Counted from the stretch's first letter, positions 19,453-30,510 are shown. The stretch is DNA of 64,000 nucleotides from Terriglobia bacterium (GCA_965223005.1 CBDCVK010000010.1:32001-96000); one strand, 5' to 3'. Notes: generated from the letters alone by a model not told the origin. Program-made: numbers and translations.

Positions 19453-20589
19453 CTATCTGCCAGTGACGAAAAGATCCACGATGCGCCTAGCCGTATCCAG
19501 CAGCAAGGCGCGGTTGCCCAGAAAGACGCGAGAGAAGCCGGTTGGCAGGGGAGGCAGTTGCGCCGCAAGCCCGGTCGGGAACGGCTGCAGACGCTTCTGT
19601 AGTCCCGGCGGCAGCTTCCCGTCGCGTCGGAGCTTGCGTTCCAGTCCGGGTGGCAGCTTTTCGCGCTTGGCCAAACCCGGAGGAAGGTTGGCGCGGTTGG
19701 TGGACAAGTAACTATTGATGGTCCGGCGATCAAAACTAGAGAACGAGGAAACGGCAGCTTGAGGCGAGGTTCGCCGCAGCGTGCCCTCCTCGACCGTGCC
19801 TTCCACTCGTTTCTCGCGTGGCTGTCGCGGTTTGGGATGATCCACGAACACCTGGGTCTCCCCGGCACTGAGTTGCCGTGCCGTGGTCGCGCTGCCAGCC
19901 GTCACAAAGCCGATCAAGAATTCCACCGGCAGCACCAGTTCCTTTTTGCCGGTCAGGTAGGCCGTACCAGTGCCCGCGCCAGCGCCGATGGCCGCTCCAA
20001 TCACCGCGCCTTTCTTGCCGCCGGTAAGTGCGCCAATGATGGCGCCGGCCGCGGCGCCCCCGCCAATCAGAGCGGCATTGCGCCCGGCATGGGACTCACC
20101 ATCCAGGGTGACCGGCTCGGTGCGCAGGCTGTAGCCGCCGGCATCCACCAGCTCCAGTGTGAGCGCGGCTGGCCTCTTCAGGCGCCCGGAGCTGACCGCC
20201 TCGACGACGCGACCTTTAGCACTGGTGTTCTTCGGCAGCACCGTCCGCCCGTCTACCACGAGCGGTTTGGCCAGCGTGGCCTCGAAGGTATCGCCCTCTT
20301 GGGCTTCTCCCGAGTGAATCTGGCTGAGCAGACGGATTTCAATGGCCGTGCCAGGATCCAATCGCAGGGCTTTGAAGCGGCTCACCTTGCGTTTGCCGGC
20401 TGGCGTTGTCGCCGCCGCCACGCAGACCAGCAGCAACACGCCCAGGACTCGCACGAGCAGGCGAGCCAGTGAAGATGCCGGTGAAGATGAAAGCTGAATC
20501 TTAGCTGGATGTTTCATTTCGAGACTTCCTTGCTGGCGAGACCTCCATGCCGGTGGATACAGGGTCTCAGGAACTGTTGCGATGGACAT
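19453..20589 (-). CDS. Exported protein with beta-domain, glycine zipper and LPPGL-repeat tail (start possibly 20517)
   Basis: Signal-like segment, GDTFEATL..P..VDG..VLP....KGRV, IGGGAAAGAIIGALTGGKKGA, LPPGL x3. Confidence 0.75.
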   Translation of the reverse strand: MSIATVPETLYPPAWRSRQQGSLEMKHPAKIQLSSSPASSLARLLVRVLGVLLLVCVAAATTPAGKRKVSRFKALRLDPGTAIEIRLLSQIHSGEAQEGDTFEATLAKPLVVDGRTVLPKNTSAKGRVVEAVSSGRLKRPAALTLELVDAGGYSLRTEPVTLDGESHAGRNAALIGGGAAAGAIIGALTGGKKGAVIGAAIGAGAGTGTAYLTGKKELVLPVEFLIGFVTAGSATTARQLSAGETQVFVDHPKPRQPREKRVEGTVEEGTLRRTSPQAAVSSFSSFDRRTINSYLSTNRANLPPGLAKREKLPPGLERKLRRDGKLPPGLQKRLQPFPTGLAAQLPPLPTGFSRVFLGNRALLLDTARRIVDLFVTGR

Positions 20590-20652
20590 CGTATCACACT
20601 GTAATCCTCGCCCCGGGCAGCTCGCGGCGGCAAGCCTCGGCCACGCCAGACG

Positions 20653-21387
20653 CTACCGTTTCCGCTTGAGACGGATCTTAACTTCCTCTTCCGGATACGC
20701 AGCAAACAGGCGCCCCGTTTCGGAGAATTGCAAGGCTGGGACCACCTGCACCGAATTGGGCAGGAAGCCTGGCATCTCGGCGGTCGCCACCAGAGCCATC
20801 GCCTTTGCCGGCCGGAGGTGAGATTCGGGGATGCGGAAGACGAACCGCCCATCCGGCGCGGCTTCCAGTTGCCCGCCGGTTTCATTCTCGCCTTCGGCGG
20901 TGAACTCGTAGACGGGTACGCGGGCCCGGCTGCCGTCACGCAGCAGCGCCTCCAGGGTCACCTTCGCAGGCCCGATGCCCCGCCCCCGTTCGTTCACCAC
21001 CTGCCATTCGCCCAGAACGTCATACTCCGCGGCTCCAGGAAAAGTTCCCTTCGGAACTCGCACGTTCACCGTGATCTCTTCGCGGTTGCCGAGCCAGGCC
21101 CGCCCCAGGCGCGGAGCAGTTCTCTTCGGCAGGTAGAGCAGAATGTCGTAGGTCCCGGCAGGGAGGCTCAACGAGTATTTGCCCTCCGGGCCGGTAACCG
21201 CTGATTTCCTCTCCGGCGACCCGGGGCGGAGGAATTCCAGGCGCACACCCTCGACCGCGGCGCCGTCCGTGTCCTCAGCAGTCCCATGCACGGTAATCGT
21301 CTCCGTGGCACCGCGCGTCGTTGCGTGTTCCACCTGCCCAGCGAGGCCACCGAATAGCACGAGCAACCAGAGCAACAACCACGTCAT
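20653..21387 (-). CDS. Exported carboxypeptidase-regulatory-like domain protein
   Basis: MTWLLLWLL signal peptide; VHGTAEDTDGAAVEGV...TGPEGKYSLSLPAGTYDI. Confidence 0.7.
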   Translation of the reverse strand: MTWLLLWLLVLFGGLAGQVEHATTRGATETITVHGTAEDTDGAAVEGVRLEFLRPGSPERKSAVTGPEGKYSLSLPAGTYDILLYLPKRTAPRLGRAWLGNREEITVNVRVPKGTFPGAAEYDVLGEWQVVNERGRGIGPAKVTLEALLRDGSRARVPVYEFTAEGENETGGQLEAAPDGRFVFRIPESHLRPAKAMALVATAEMPGFLPNSVQVVPALQFSETGRLFAAYPEEEVKIRLKRKR

Positions 21388-21447
21388 CGTAGCGAATCTA
21401 CGCCCTTGGCCGGCTTGCGTAAAGCGGTTACGTTCGACTAGAGTGCT

Positions 21448-23190
21448 ATGTCGGTGTCCCGAAACGGCTCCAGGCTCTTCTGCTTCCTGTTTGCTGCGCT
21501 GTTTGCTGCCTCCTGGGGTGTGGCGGTTGGCCGGACGGCCAGCCCGGCGCCGGTGCGCGCTCGTCAGGGAATGGTGGTTTCGGTGGACGAGCAGGCTTCG
21601 CGAGTCGGGGTGCAGGTCCTGAAGGAGGGCGGCAACGCCGTGGATGCGGCCATTGCTACCGCCTTCGCTCTGGCAGTCACCCATCCGGCAGCAGGCAACC
21701 TGGGCGGCGGCGGCTTCTTGCTGCTCCGTTTTAAGGATGGCCGCGCGACCTTCCTGGATTTTCGCGAGCGAGCGCCGGCTGCCGCCTCTCGCGACATGTA
21801 CCTGGACGCCTCCGGCAGCGTAATCCCGCAGGCATCCACTGTCGGATTGCGCGCCGCCGCCGTGCCGGGCACGGTGGCCGGCTTGGAGTATGCCAGCCGC
21901 AAGTATGGCCGGCTACGCTGGAGCCGTCTGGTGGCGCCTGCCGTGGCTCTGGCGCGAAAGGGCTTCCCGGTCAGCTTCGAGCTCGCTCGCTCGCTCTCCA
22001 GCCCGAAGACGGTAGAGCGCCTCAGCCGCTTCCCGGCTTCCAACCGCATCTTTCTTCGAAATGGGCTCCGAAACGGGCTTCGCAACGGGCGGTTCTACCA
22101 ACCGGGCGAGCGTTTCGTGCAACGCGACCTGGGGCGCACGCTGGAGCGTATCCGGCGCAGGGGCGCCCGCGACTTCTACCATGGGCGAACAGCACGTGAA
22201 CTGGCTGCCTTCGTGGAGCAACACGACGGCCTGATCACGCTGGAAGACCTGAAGAACTACCAGGTGGCGGAACGCGAGCCGATCACGGGCACCTACCGCG
22301 GCTACCACATAACGAGCGCGCCGCCGCCCAGTTCGGGCGGGGTTGTGCTGCTCCAGATGCTGAACATTCTGGAGGGAGTCCCGCTGGCCGAGAAAGGCGC
22401 ACTGTCGGCCGACGCCATTCACTGGACGGTGGAGACGATGCGCCGCGCCTTCGCGGACCGTGCGCGCTATTTGGGCGATCCGGATTTCGTGCGTATTCCG
22501 GTGCGTGGCCTCACCGACAAGGAATACGCTGAGAGGCTGCGCGCCTCGATTGACTCGGAGCACGCCACGCCCTCGCTCAACGTTGCCGCCGGGGACCCGA
22601 TGCCCTTCGAAGCGGGCGAAACCACCCACGTGTCGGCCGTGGACCGCGAGGGCAACGCCGCCGCGCTCACCTACACCCTGAACGACCTCTACGGATGTGG
22701 GGTAACGGTGGAGGGACTGGGGTTCCTGTTGAACAACGAGATGGATGATTTTACCGCCAAGCCCGGTGTTCCAAACGATGCCGGGCTGATTCAAGGGGAG
22801 ACCAACAGCATCGCCCCGGGCAAGCGGCCGCTTTCCAGCATGACCCCCACGGTGGTGGCCCGCGACGGCAAGCTGGTGCTGGTGTTGGGCAGTCCGGGCG
22901 GGCCCAAGATTATCAGCACGGTGTTGAACGTCCTGCTGGGCGTCATAGACTACAAGCTGGACGTGCAGCGTGCGGTGGATGCCCCGCGCTTTCACCATCA
23001 GTGGTTGCCCGACAGCATCCGCATGGAGTCTGGCTTCTCGCCGGACACCATCGCGCTGCTTCGGGCGCGAGGCCACCAGTTCGACATTGGAGACTATTTT
23101 GGGGATGCGCACACTATCGCGCTTGGCCCGGACGGTTGGCTGCTGGGCGCCGCCGACCCTCGGCGGGGCGGCAAAGCGGTGGGCTACTAG
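21448..23190 (+). CDS. ggt: Gamma-glutamyltransferase
   Basis: GGNAVDAA, GNLGGGGF, DFRERAP, ETTHVS (catalytic Thr), LNNEMDDF, PGKRPLSSM, GSPGG. Confidence 0.97.
   Translation: MSVSRNGSRLFCFLFAALFAASWGVAVGRTASPAPVRARQGMVVSVDEQASRVGVQVLKEGGNAVDAAIATAFALAVTHPAAGNLGGGGFLLLRFKDGRATFLDFRERAPAAASRDMYLDASGSVIPQASTVGLRAAAVPGTVAGLEYASRKYGRLRWSRLVAPAVALARKGFPVSFELARSLSSPKTVERLSRFPASNRIFLRNGLRNGLRNGRFYQPGERFVQRDLGRTLERIRRRGARDFYHGRTARELAAFVEQHDGLITLEDLKNYQVAEREPITGTYRGYHITSAPPPSSGGVVLLQMLNILEGVPLAEKGALSADAIHWTVETMRRAFADRARYLGDPDFVRIPVRGLTDKEYAERLRASIDSEHATPSLNVAAGDPMPFEAGETTHVSAVDREGNAAALTYTLNDLYGCGVTVEGLGFLLNNEMDDFTAKPGVPNDAGLIQGETNSIAPGKRPLSSMTPTVVARDGKLVLVLGSPGGPKIISTVLNVLLGVIDYKLDVQRAVDAPRFHHQWLPDSIRMESGFSPDTIALLRARGHQFDIGDYFGDAHTIALGPDGWLLGAADPRRGGKAVGY
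22054..22089 (+). repeat. In-frame 12-bp triplication (LRNG x3) in ggt
   Basis: cttcgaaatggg/ctccgaaacggg/cttcgcaacggg. Confidence 0.85.
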
Positions 23191-23274
23191 CCGGCATCAG
23201 GTGCCAGGAATATCTCCTGCTCGGTAGCCACGGCGATCTGGAATCTGACATCTGGCACGTGAAACCTGGTTCTT

Positions 23275-24117
23275 ATGCAAAAGGCATTGTCCACACACAT
23301 GTTCGTCAACCAGCGGTTGACGGTCTCGATACTGGAGCGCATTGAGAAGGCCGGCGTTGAGCTGGTGGAGATTTTTTGCGCTCGCCAGCACTTTGATTAT
23401 CACGACAGCAACCAGGCGCAGGAACTCGCCGCTTGGTTCCGGGATTCCCGGCTCCGGTTGCACTCCATCCACGCACCGATGTACCGGGACAAGGAGTGGG
23501 GGCGCAGCGGGCCTCAGGCGGTGGTGTCGATCGCAGAAACGGAGAAGGTGCGTCGCATTGCGGCTTGCGACGAGATCAAACGGGCGTTGGAGCTGGCCGA
23601 GCAGGTGCCGTTTCGTTACGCAGTGACCCACCTGGGCGTCTCGCGCGAAGAGTACGACCTGCGCAAGATGGATGCGGCGTTTTCCAGTATCGAGGTTCTG
23701 CGCATGTTTGCGCGCCAGCGGGGCGCCGACCTGGTGCTGGAGAATATCCCCAACGAACTGGCCACCCCCGGCCGCCTGCTGGAGTTCCTGAACTATACGC
23801 ACCTGAACGACGTGGGGCTGTGCTTTGACAGCGGTCACGCGCACATGGGCGAGGGGGTGGCGGCCAGCTTCGAGAAGATGGGGTCGCGGGTCTTCACCAC
23901 CCACCTCCACGACAACCTGGGAGACAAGGACGAACACTTGTTTCCCTTCGAGGGTACCATTGAGTGGGGACGCACCATCCGCGACTTTAGCGCCGCGCCC
24001 AACTCGTTTCCCATTCTGCTGGAGATTCGCGAATTCCCCGAGGTGAAGGACCCGCTGGCCCGCGCCAGCGAAGTGTTCGACAAGTTCGAAGAGTTGGAAG
24101 CCGCCGCATCCCGATGA
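23275..24117 (+). CDS. Sugar-phosphate isomerase/epimerase (AP endonuclease 2 TIM barrel)
   Basis: SIHAP, LENI, FDSGHAH, HLHDN...DEHL.P.EG.I.W, LLE. Confidence 0.85.
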   Translation: MQKALSTHMFVNQRLTVSILERIEKAGVELVEIFCARQHFDYHDSNQAQELAAWFRDSRLRLHSIHAPMYRDKEWGRSGPQAVVSIAETEKVRRIAACDEIKRALELAEQVPFRYAVTHLGVSREEYDLRKMDAAFSSIEVLRMFARQRGADLVLENIPNELATPGRLLEFLNYTHLNDVGLCFDSGHAHMGEGVAASFEKMGSRVFTTHLHDNLGDKDEHLFPFEGTIEWGRTIRDFSAAPNSFPILLEIREFPEVKDPLARASEVFDKFEELEAAASR

Positions 24118-25433
24118 CCCCCTCAGCCGACCTCCCGGTAACCACCATCGCCAAAATCGGAACCTACGACGGACAGCAAGTCGTGATTCGCGGCTGGCTG
24201 TACAACCTGCGCGAGGCGGGCAAGCTGCTGTTCCCGATCTTCCGCGACGGCACCGGAGTCCTGCAGGGCGTGGTTTCCAGAGGCTCGGTGCCGCCGGAAT
24301 CCTTCCAGATGCTCAAGCACCTCCAGCACGAATCGTCGGTGAGTGTCGTCGGGCGTGTGCGCGCCGACCGGCGCGCCCCCGGCGGCTATGAACTGGAGGT
24401 TTCCGATGTCGAGGTGGTACAGGCGGTTTCCCCCGAAGAGCCGTTTCCCGTCACCCTGAAGGAGCACGGGGTGGACTTCTTGCTCGACCGGCGGCACCTG
24501 TGGATTCGGACGCCGCGCCAGAACGCCATCCTGCGGGTGCGGCACGAAGTGATCCGCGCCGCGCGGGACTATCTGGACGACCACGGCTTTATCCAGGTGG
24601 ATACGCCCATTTTCACTCCGGCGGCCTGCGAGGGCACGACCAGCCTGTTTGAGGTGCAGTACTTCGAGGAGAAGGCCTACCTGACGCAGTCCGGCCAGTT
24701 CTATAACGAAGCCACTGCCGCCGCCCTGGGTAAGGTGTACTGCTTCGGGCCCACCTTCCGCGCCGAAAAATCCAAGACACGCCGCCACCTGACCGAGTTC
24801 TGGATGGTGGAGCCGGAGATGTCCTACGCTCACCTGGAGGACGTCATGGACGTCTCCGAGCAACTGGTCAGCCACATTGTCCAGCGGGTGCTGGAACGCC
24901 GCAGCGCCGAGCTCGCAACGCTCGAGCGCGATCCGGCTCTTCTCGAGCGGGTGCGGCCACCCTTTCCTCGCATCAGCTACGACGAGGCGATCCGGATTTT
25001 GCAGCGCAAGGGTAGCCTGATCCAGTGGGGCGGTGACGTTGGCAACGCCGACGAGACCCTGCTCGGCGAGGAGTTCGACCGGCCCGTGATGGTCCACCAC
25101 TACCCGTCGGCCATCAAGGCCTTCTATATGCAGCCCGACCCCGAGCGGCCGGAGCTCGCAATGGGCGTGGACGTGATTGCTCCGAAAGGCTATGGGGAAA
25201 TCATTGGCGGCGGGGAGCGGATCTCGGACCTGGAGCTTTTGCAGGCGCGCATCCGCCAGCAGAACCTGCCGGCGGAATCTTTCGCCTGGTACGTGGACCT
25301 GCGCAAGTACGGTAGCGTCCCGCACGCCGGCTTCGGCATGGGCATCGAACGCGTGGTGACTTGGATGTGCGGGCTGGAGCACGTGCGGGAGACCATTGCG
25401 TTCCCGCGGATGCTGTATCGTCTGTATCCGTAG
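24114..25433 (+). CDS. asnS: Asparagine--tRNA ligase
   Basis: [58 protein letters not shown]. Confidence 0.96.
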   Translation: MTPSADLPVTTIAKIGTYDGQQVVIRGWLYNLREAGKLLFPIFRDGTGVLQGVVSRGSVPPESFQMLKHLQHESSVSVVGRVRADRRAPGGYELEVSDVEVVQAVSPEEPFPVTLKEHGVDFLLDRRHLWIRTPRQNAILRVRHEVIRAARDYLDDHGFIQVDTPIFTPAACEGTTSLFEVQYFEEKAYLTQSGQFYNEATAAALGKVYCFGPTFRAEKSKTRRHLTEFWMVEPEMSYAHLEDVMDVSEQLVSHIVQRVLERRSAELATLERDPALLERVRPPFPRISYDEAIRILQRKGSLIQWGGDVGNADETLLGEEFDRPVMVHHYPSAIKAFYMQPDPERPELAMGVDVIAPKGYGEIIGGGERISDLELLQARIRQQNLPAESFAWYVDLRKYGSVPHAGFGMGIERVVTWMCGLEHVRETIAFPRMLYRLYP

Positions 25434-25494
25434 CGGCGGCGTTCAGGACGCCAGCGGGGTGGCAGGCTGAAACGCGGCGCTACGAGCGGCGTAC

Positions 25495-26403
25495 ATGCGA
25501 AAGATCAAGATCATCGGCGTTCCGCTGGATCTGGGTCAGGACCGCCGCGGCGTGGACATGGGACCATCGGCGCTGCGGGTAGCTGGGTTGAACGCGCGCC
25601 TGCGTCGCCTGGGCTGCGAGGTGGAGGATGGGGGCAATGTGTCGGTGGCCATTGCCGAGATGCACGCCTTTGGCACGGAGAAGGCGAAGTACCTCGATCA
25701 GGTGGCCGAAACCTGCCAGCGGCACGCCGCCTGGGTGGAGGATATCTTGCGCGAGGGATCCACTCCCCTTGTGCTGGGCGGCGACCATTCCATCGCCATC
25801 GGCACCGTTTCGGGCGTGGCCAATTTCTATCGCAATAAGAAACGGACAATCGGACTCCTCTGGCTGGACGCCCACGCCGACATGAATACGCCGGAGACGA
25901 CTCCGAGCGGGAACCTGCATGGCATGCCGCTGGCCTGCTGCCTGGGCTTGGGCGCGCCGGAGCTGACGCACATCGGCGGCTTCAGTCCCAGGGTGAAGCC
26001 CAGGCGGGCGGCGCTGATCGGGGTGCGGGCGGTGGATGCGGAGGAAAAAGACAACGTCCGCAGGTCGGGCCTGCGGGTCTTCAGCATGCGCGAGCTGGAC
26101 GAGCGGGGCCTGCGCGCGGTGATGCGGGAAGCCCTGGCCCTGGCTTCCCGCGGGACTGCGGGCTTCTGCGTCACCGTGGACATGGACTTTCTGGACCCGG
26201 AGGATGCACCAGGGGTAGGCACGCCAGCGCGCGGCGGCGCCACCTATCGTGAGGCGCACCTGGCCATGGAGATGATTGCGGATTCGGGTCGTATGCTCTC
26301 CTTCGAGCTGACCGAAGTGAACCCGGTCATTGACGAGGCCAACCGGACGGCTGAGCTGGGTGTTGAGCTCGCGCTCTCAGCCTTCGGCAAGAAAATCCTG
26401 TGA
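25495..26403 (+). CDS. rocF: Arginase
   Basis: [52 protein letters not shown]. Confidence 0.95.
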   Translation: MRKIKIIGVPLDLGQDRRGVDMGPSALRVAGLNARLRRLGCEVEDGGNVSVAIAEMHAFGTEKAKYLDQVAETCQRHAAWVEDILREGSTPLVLGGDHSIAIGTVSGVANFYRNKKRTIGLLWLDAHADMNTPETTPSGNLHGMPLACCLGLGAPELTHIGGFSPRVKPRRAALIGVRAVDAEEKDNVRRSGLRVFSMRELDERGLRAVMREALALASRGTAGFCVTVDMDFLDPEDAPGVGTPARGGATYREAHLAMEMIADSGRMLSFELTEVNPVIDEANRTAELGVELALSAFGKKIL

Positions 26404-26410
26404 GCGAAAT

Positions 26411-26466
26411 GGCCACAAAGAGGCAGCGGCACAGAGCAGACGCCGTGTCTCTGTGCCTCGGTGGCC
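26411..26466. repeat. Intergenic nested inverted repeat (hairpin)
   Basis: ggccac...ggcacagag...ctctgtgcc...gtggcc. Confidence 0.65.
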
Positions 26467-26476
26467 GATAGATCTT

Positions 26477-27655
26477 ATGGCTAGGAAACTGCGGGTGGGG
26501 GTCCTGTTTGGCGGGCGGTCGGGCGAGCACGAGATCTCGCTGCGCTCGGCCGCTTCGATCCTCGCGGCCCTGGATCGGGAGAAGTACGAGGTCGTGCCCA
26601 TCGGCATCACCAGGGAGGGGCGCTGGCTCACTGCCGACGCCTCGCAGAAGCTGCTGGCCGGGGAGTATCAGCCGGAGCCGCGTGCCGGCGCCGGCGACGC
26701 GAGCGCGGCGGTCCAGACCGAAGCAGGCGTACTTGCGCACGGACTGGGGATGGTGCTGGCGCCGGCCCCGGCCCAGCAGCAGGCTGGCAACCGGACGGTG
26801 GACGTGATCTTCCCCGCGCTCCACGGCACCTTCGGCGAGGACGGCACCGTGCAGGGCCTGATGGAGCTGGCTGGACTTCCCTACGTGGGCGCGGGCGTGC
26901 TCGGCTCAGCCGCGGGCATGGACAAGGAGGTGATGAAGCGGCTGTTCCGCGACCACGGCCTCCCGGTCGTTCCCTGGCTGGTGTTTCTGCGCGGCGAAAT
27001 CCTGGAGCGCCCACGCGGGGTGATGTCGGCAGTGGAGAAAAAATTCCGTTATCCGGCGTTTGTCAAGCCGGCAAATCTGGGCTCGTCGGTGGGCATCACC
27101 AAGGCGCACCATCGAAGGGAACTGCGACGCGCCCTTGAACTAGCAGCACAATTTGATCGCAAGGTGCTGGTGGAGCGGGGCGTGGATGCCCGGGAGCTGG
27201 AATGCTCGGTGCTGGGCAACGACGCGCCCCGGGCGTCGGTGCCCGGCGAGGTCATCCCGGTCAACGAATTTTACGACTATGCCGCCAAGTACCTGGACGA
27301 AGGTTCCGAGCTGGTGATCCCGGCCAGCATCACCCCCGCCCAGGCTCGGCGGGTGAGAGAGCTGGCGGTGGCGGCCTTCCGGGCGGTGGAGTGCGCCGGC
27401 ATGGCGCGGGTGGATTTGTTTCTGGAACGCCGAAGTGGCAAAATTTACGTGAATGAGATCAACACCATTCCCGGGTTTACCTCGATCAGCATGTTTCCCA
27501 AGCTTTGGGAAGCCTCCGGCTTGTCGTATCCGAAGCTGATTGACCGGCTGATCCAGCTGGCGCTGGAGCGGCACCAGGAAAAGCAGGGGAGCCGCTATAC
27601 AATTGAACTTCCCCGGCAAAGAGGCAAGCGTGGCAGAACCCGCAGATCACGGTGA
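26477..27655 (+). CDS. ddl: D-alanine--D-alanine ligase
   Basis: [50 protein letters not shown]. Confidence 0.97.
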   Translation: MARKLRVGVLFGGRSGEHEISLRSAASILAALDREKYEVVPIGITREGRWLTADASQKLLAGEYQPEPRAGAGDASAAVQTEAGVLAHGLGMVLAPAPAQQQAGNRTVDVIFPALHGTFGEDGTVQGLMELAGLPYVGAGVLGSAAGMDKEVMKRLFRDHGLPVVPWLVFLRGEILERPRGVMSAVEKKFRYPAFVKPANLGSSVGITKAHHRRELRRALELAAQFDRKVLVERGVDARELECSVLGNDAPRASVPGEVIPVNEFYDYAAKYLDEGSELVIPASITPAQARRVRELAVAAFRAVECAGMARVDLFLERRSGKIYVNEINTIPGFTSISMFPKLWEASGLSYPKLIDRLIQLALERHQEKQGSRYTIELPRQRGKRGRTRRSR

Positions 27656-28101
27656 CGTTCATGTTTGATGAAGTTACCGATCCCAAAGTTCTGGGCCGTG
27701 AGCGGCGAAATCGGCGGATTCTCATTGGCGCCATCCTGCTCCTGGTGGTGGCGGCGTTGCTTTATTGGCAGTTCAAGAACTACCGCCAGGAGCGCGCCGC
27801 CAAGAGGTTTCTGGCAGCGCTCGAACGCCAGGAGTACCGCGAGGCGTACGACATGTGGATGAGTGAAGAGTCAAGCGTGAAGAGTGGCGCGCGGCAGCCG
27901 AAGCCCCTTCCCTCATACCGCTATCAGGACTTCCTACGCGACTGGGGGCCGGAGGGAGACTACGGGAAAGTCGAGAGCTTCGAGATGGCCGGCTCGCGCA
28001 GCCGTGGCTCCGGCGTCATTGTCACCTTCCGCATCAACGGTAAGGAAGCCCGCATCTGGGTGGAGAGAGAAGACAAGAGCCTCACCTTCCCGCCCTTCTG
28101 A
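27652..28101 (+). CDS. Hypothetical membrane-anchored protein
   Basis: Single N-terminal TM helix; start overlaps the ddl stop; host-like codons. Confidence 0.75.
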   Translation: MTFMFDEVTDPKVLGRERRNRRILIGAILLLVVAALLYWQFKNYRQERAAKRFLAALERQEYREAYDMWMSEESSVKSGARQPKPLPSYRYQDFLRDWGPEGDYGKVESFEMAGSRSRGSGVIVTFRINGKEARIWVEREDKSLTFPPF

Positions 28102-28181
28102 CGTGCGACGAGTGATGAATCAAGAACGAAGGAATTGCTGGGACTGTCGCAACTCACTACTCGCGCTTCACCCTTAACTCT

Positions 28182-29243
28182 TCACTCTTCACTCATGACT
28201 GCTTCGGCCTCGGCCAGCACCCGCTGCGGGGAGATGGCTTCCATGCAGATATTGCGCTGGCAGGTTTTCATCATGGGCGTCCCGTAGCAGGGCGCGCAGA
28301 AGACACGGTGGCGCACGATGCGGATGGGAGTCGTGGACGATAGCGGTCGGGTTTGTTCCAGGATGGCTGGCCCCCAAAGGACCACCAGCGGCGTGCCCAC
28401 CGCGGCGGCCATGTGGGCCGCCCCGGTGTCCACCGAGATGAACAGTTGGAGGCGGCGAATGACGGCTGCCAGTTGCCGCACGGTGGTGCGGCCGGCGAGT
28501 TCCACAAAGCTGCCGGCGGGAAGCTGCGCCGCGATGGCTCTGGCGTCGTCTCGATCATCGGTCGAGCCAGTCAGCACCAAACGCACGCCCCGTTGGACCA
28601 GAAGGCGGCCGAGCTGGTTGAAGTTGTCCGTCCCCCAGCCCTTGAGTCGCTGGCCCTGATTCTTCTTTCCGCGCCGGGGTCCGTAGCCGGCGTGCAAACC
28701 GACCAGCGGCGGCCGGATTTCGCCCAGAAGCTGCTCCGCGGCGCGTTCCTCCTCGGGCGAACCCGGCAACTCCATGTCCAGTGACCCGGCCGGGGCCTGT
28801 TGCCAGTCGGGGAAGCCGGAAGCGCGCAGGTTGTTTAAGATGGCGTGCAGTTTGGGGGCGACCGGAGTTTCTCGGAAGCTTCGAATTTGCTTCACCTCGG
28901 CGCGTTCCAGAAGACGGCGGAAGTGGGGGGCGCTTTCCAGCAGTACGGCGAACTCGTAGCGGGCGGCTCGCAACCTTCGCCCCAGCCGCTGCTTCTCCCG
29001 CGACAGCCACCAGGGCAGGTGGCGGTGACGCAGTCGAAACAGCTGGGTAATTCCCGGATTAGCCTCCAGCAGGGGCGTGGCCGGCTCCCAGCCGAGAAAG
29101 TCAATGGCGGCTTGTGGATAACGTGCCCTTAACGCGCGCACTACCGGGGTGGCCATCAATGTGTCGCCCAGCGCCCCGACGCGGACTACCAGGATGCGCC
29201 CACCGGACTCCTTGCTGCCAGAGGTGCCCGCCACCTGCTCCAT
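28182..29243 (-). CDS. Glycosyltransferase family 9 (heptosyltransferase-like)
   Basis: RILVVRVGALGD, LAGRTT..QLAA, DTGAAHMAAAVGTP.V.LWGP, C.PC...C....CM..I. Confidence 0.9.
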   Translation of the reverse strand: MEQVAGTSGSKESGGRILVVRVGALGDTLMATPVVRALRARYPQAAIDFLGWEPATPLLEANPGITQLFRLRHRHLPWWLSREKQRLGRRLRAARYEFAVLLESAPHFRRLLERAEVKQIRSFRETPVAPKLHAILNNLRASGFPDWQQAPAGSLDMELPGSPEEERAAEQLLGEIRPPLVGLHAGYGPRRGKKNQGQRLKGWGTDNFNQLGRLLVQRGVRLVLTGSTDDRDDARAIAAQLPAGSFVELAGRTTVRQLAAVIRRLQLFISVDTGAAHMAAAVGTPLVVLWGPAILEQTRPLSSTTPIRIVRHRVFCAPCYGTPMMKTCQRNICMEAISPQRVLAEAEAVMSEE

Positions 29244-29586
29244 GCAGTGATTCTAGTACGTCCCGGCAACGGCTGTCAGGCAATGCTCGGCCATTGCGGG
29301 ATCCGGCTTGGCAGCCGTCTGGGGTCGTGCGGCATGGAGTGCAGGATCTTCGGGGTCCGAACAGCGTTGCTTTCAAGAAATTCGGCTGCAAGGAAACCGC
29401 GTGAACCAGCCCGCGTAGCGCTTGACTGCCGTGTTAGGCTGGTTTTGAGTTATCCCACAATTCGAGCACGAAGGCTGGAGGGGGGTATGAAGGACAGTAC
29501 AGTTTTTCCTCCTCGTAGTGCCGTTTTCACTGTGCCGACAGCCGGGATTGGTTCCGGCTTCTCCTGCCCCGAAGACTGTCGTAGCA

Positions 29587-29624
29587 AGGGTGACAAACCC
29601 AGGGTGACAAACAGGGTGACAAAC
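29587..29624 (+). repeat. Exact 12-bp repeat x3 (AGGGTGACAAAC) before a start codon
   Basis: Copies at 29587, 29601 and 29613; ATG at 29626. Confidence 0.9.
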
Positions 29625-29625
29625 A

Positions 29626-30282
29626 ATGATGAGGAACGCAAAACTATTGTGGTTCTTGATTGTGGTGCTGGCGCTGGGGATCGCTGGCTGCACTGAGAAG
29701 GAAGAACCCCCACCAGCCCCGGCGGAACCGCCACCCACGCCTGCCACCACCGGTCCCCAAACGGTTAGCGGAACGGTGAAAGGGCGCAGCGGCAAACCCC
29801 TGGCCAAGGCCTGGGTGTGCCTGGGCCAGCTTGAGCAATCAGCGATTGAAGGGAAGGACGTGAAGCTTGAGCTGACCCAGTTGACCGCCGTGACGGATGA
29901 CGATGGGCGCTTCCAGATTGAGGGGGTGCCTGCCGGCACCTACACCTTGGTCTACCAGCCGTCGCCCGCAACCGGTGCCAGGGGCGGCCGCGAGATTTCG
30001 GTCGCCAACCTCTCGGCTGGGCAGCGCTCGACGATGCCGGACTTGCGCGAACGCGAGGTCGGGACATTCAAGCCGTTCAAGCAACGGCCTTGGAGTCGCG
30101 ACTATACTCTGATGAAGGGCCACACGTTGTTCAACACGGCCAGCGGAAAAAGGTGGAAAATCTGGAATGCGTCCGCCCGCCGGGGCCGCCGCGGGCCTTT
30201 CCTGGAGATACGCAAAAACGAAATCTGGCGACAGGACATCCAGAAGGATTCGAACGTCACCTTCGAGGCCTGGAGCTTCTGA
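29626..30282 (+). CDS. Lipoprotein with carboxypeptidase-regulatory-like domain
   Basis: Lipobox IAGC, Pro-rich linker, VSGTVKGRSGKPL...TDDDGRFQIEGVPAGTYTL. Confidence 0.8.
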   Translation: MMRNAKLLWFLIVVLALGIAGCTEKEEPPPAPAEPPPTPATTGPQTVSGTVKGRSGKPLAKAWVCLGQLEQSAIEGKDVKLELTQLTAVTDDDGRFQIEGVPAGTYTLVYQPSPATGARGGREISVANLSAGQRSTMPDLREREVGTFKPFKQRPWSRDYTLMKGHTLFNTASGKRWKIWNASARRGRRGPFLEIRKNEIWRQDIQKDSNVTFEAWSF

Positions 30283-30336
30283 ACCGCGGCGCTGCTCCGG
30301 GTTGCCGGACAGGTGAAGCCGACCCGGGGGCCGCCG

Positions 30337-30510
30337 TCAGTCTGCCTCGATCTTGGCCTCATCAACCAACATGACCGGGATATTGTCCCGGATGGGGTAA
30401 ACGCGCCGGCACTGGCCGCATTTCAGCCCCTGCTCGTCGGCGGTTAGCTTGACAGGCGTCTTGCAGACGGGGCAAACCAGGATATCAAGCAGCTCTTTGC
30501 TGATGGGCAT
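30337..30510 (-). CDS. Trm112/YcaR family protein
   Basis: LLDILVCPVCK...L.C..C.RVYPIRDNIPVML.DEA; AGGAG SD. Confidence 0.9.
   Translation of the reverse strand: MPISKELLDILVCPVCKTPVKLTADEQGLKCGQCRRVYPIRDNIPVMLVDEAKIEAD

Noticed and set aside
29113-29121. Exact DnaA box (TGTGGATAA)
   Set aside because: Single copy inside a coding region; no box cluster or origin genes nearby.
29587-29624. Short direct-repeat arrays as possible CRISPR or iterons
   Set aside because: Units are 12-17 bp with no unique spacers, and no cas or rep genes are present.
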